Assembly: GCA_030704615.1 (NCBI GenBank)
Contig: CM060734.1
Location: 27,466,001-27,530,000 of the forward strand
Length of the DNA: 64,000 bases
Source: Takakia lepidozioides
Taxonomy: Eukaryota > Plantae > Bryophyta
Direction: 5' to 3'
Part shown: in pieces, positions 63,211 to 64,000 of the stretch
Layout of the letters: each line of letters begins with the position of its first letter
Numbering within the stretch: position 1 is the stretch's first letter
Notes under the pieces: generated by a model
Seen by the model: only the letters and a program-made list of their open reading frames with translations
Told to the model about the DNA's origin: nothing
Database searches by the model: none
Program-made: the position numbers and the translations under genes

Positions 63211-64000
63211 GACAGGGTCGACAACTGCCAGATGCAAACTGTCCTGAAACTGGTGCGGATTTGTCTAATAAAAGCACACATGTGGGAGGAAATTAAAGTT
63301 CTGCCGCATACGGCATTGGCAGTGCAGCAATGATATATCCCTGTTCTGCCGGCCTCACTCTCATTTTGCTCTTCTCTCTTCTATTTTGTGCCCAACTCCT
63401 CTCTACTCTCTGTTCTTGCTGTGTCGTGAGGCCATGTCATGCCCGAATCACATCTATCGACGTCAGACGGGACTCATTGCCCCGAAAGCAGACGACATCA
63501 TTGTCTTTCTAGATGTTTACAAGGTCGATCATTGACTTGTCCAACTGAGAGCAATGGAGTTTCTTCCAGGATTCTCCACATTCGAGACACCATCTCCAGC
63601 ATTTGTCAAGACCTACCTAAACCCAAGGCTGCGAAAAGGTGGCCCAGCTTACTGAAGAAGGCCGGGGCCTGCACTGATCGGCCTTTGTCTGTGATGAGAG
63701 CAAGGATTCAAGCAATGAAGCAGCAGCATAAAGATCAAATACGCCACAGATCTGGACTGGGAGAGGTAGTTTGGAGAAGTGGGAGGGTAATTGCCCTGAT
63801 CACGGTGCCGGCCATTTATGCCCCTATGTGCTAGATATATCAGCCAACACGTGACTACTTACATGTAACTCTCCATCATGCACCAACACCACAAGTCAGA
63901 CCATCCAGAGAAGTCACCTTACACGCTCTGTGTGATGCCAACTTTACCACCCACTCCTATTGTCGAATGCCACTGTATGTGCTTGGTACTTATAACATGA

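Overview
Eukaryotic, transposon-dominated window, most likely from a non-seed land plant (moss, liverwort, hornwort, lycophyte or fern; inferred from the element repertoire and the host gene, not proven). Only one credible host gene is present: a 3-exon ARM-repeat protein gene (32256-34909, +). The rest is nested and mostly decayed mobile DNA. Retroelements: a Ty3/gypsy element whose integrase ends in a PHD finger and whose terminal repeat has an A-B-A layout (1-4405); two copies of a chromodomain-type Ty3/gypsy element (20247-24420 on -, 56921-62267 on +); other gypsy remnants; a solo LTR; two copies of an APE-type LINE. DNA elements: a full-length hAT with an exact 8-bp TSD and broken transposase (26214-30110); a non-autonomous hAT carrying a TTAA-flanked piggyBac-like MITE; CACTA remnants, one beside a captured leucyl-tRNA synthetase fragment; a TIR element with two convergent tRNA-like Pol III heads forming an inverted repeat; a foldback element; several tandem arrays. 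The most interesting signals are the PHD-finger integrase, the piggyBac-like MITE, the convergent tRNA-like hairpin cassette and a short CATGAGC-rich element family at breakpoints. All calls were made by eye from motifs, without database searches.
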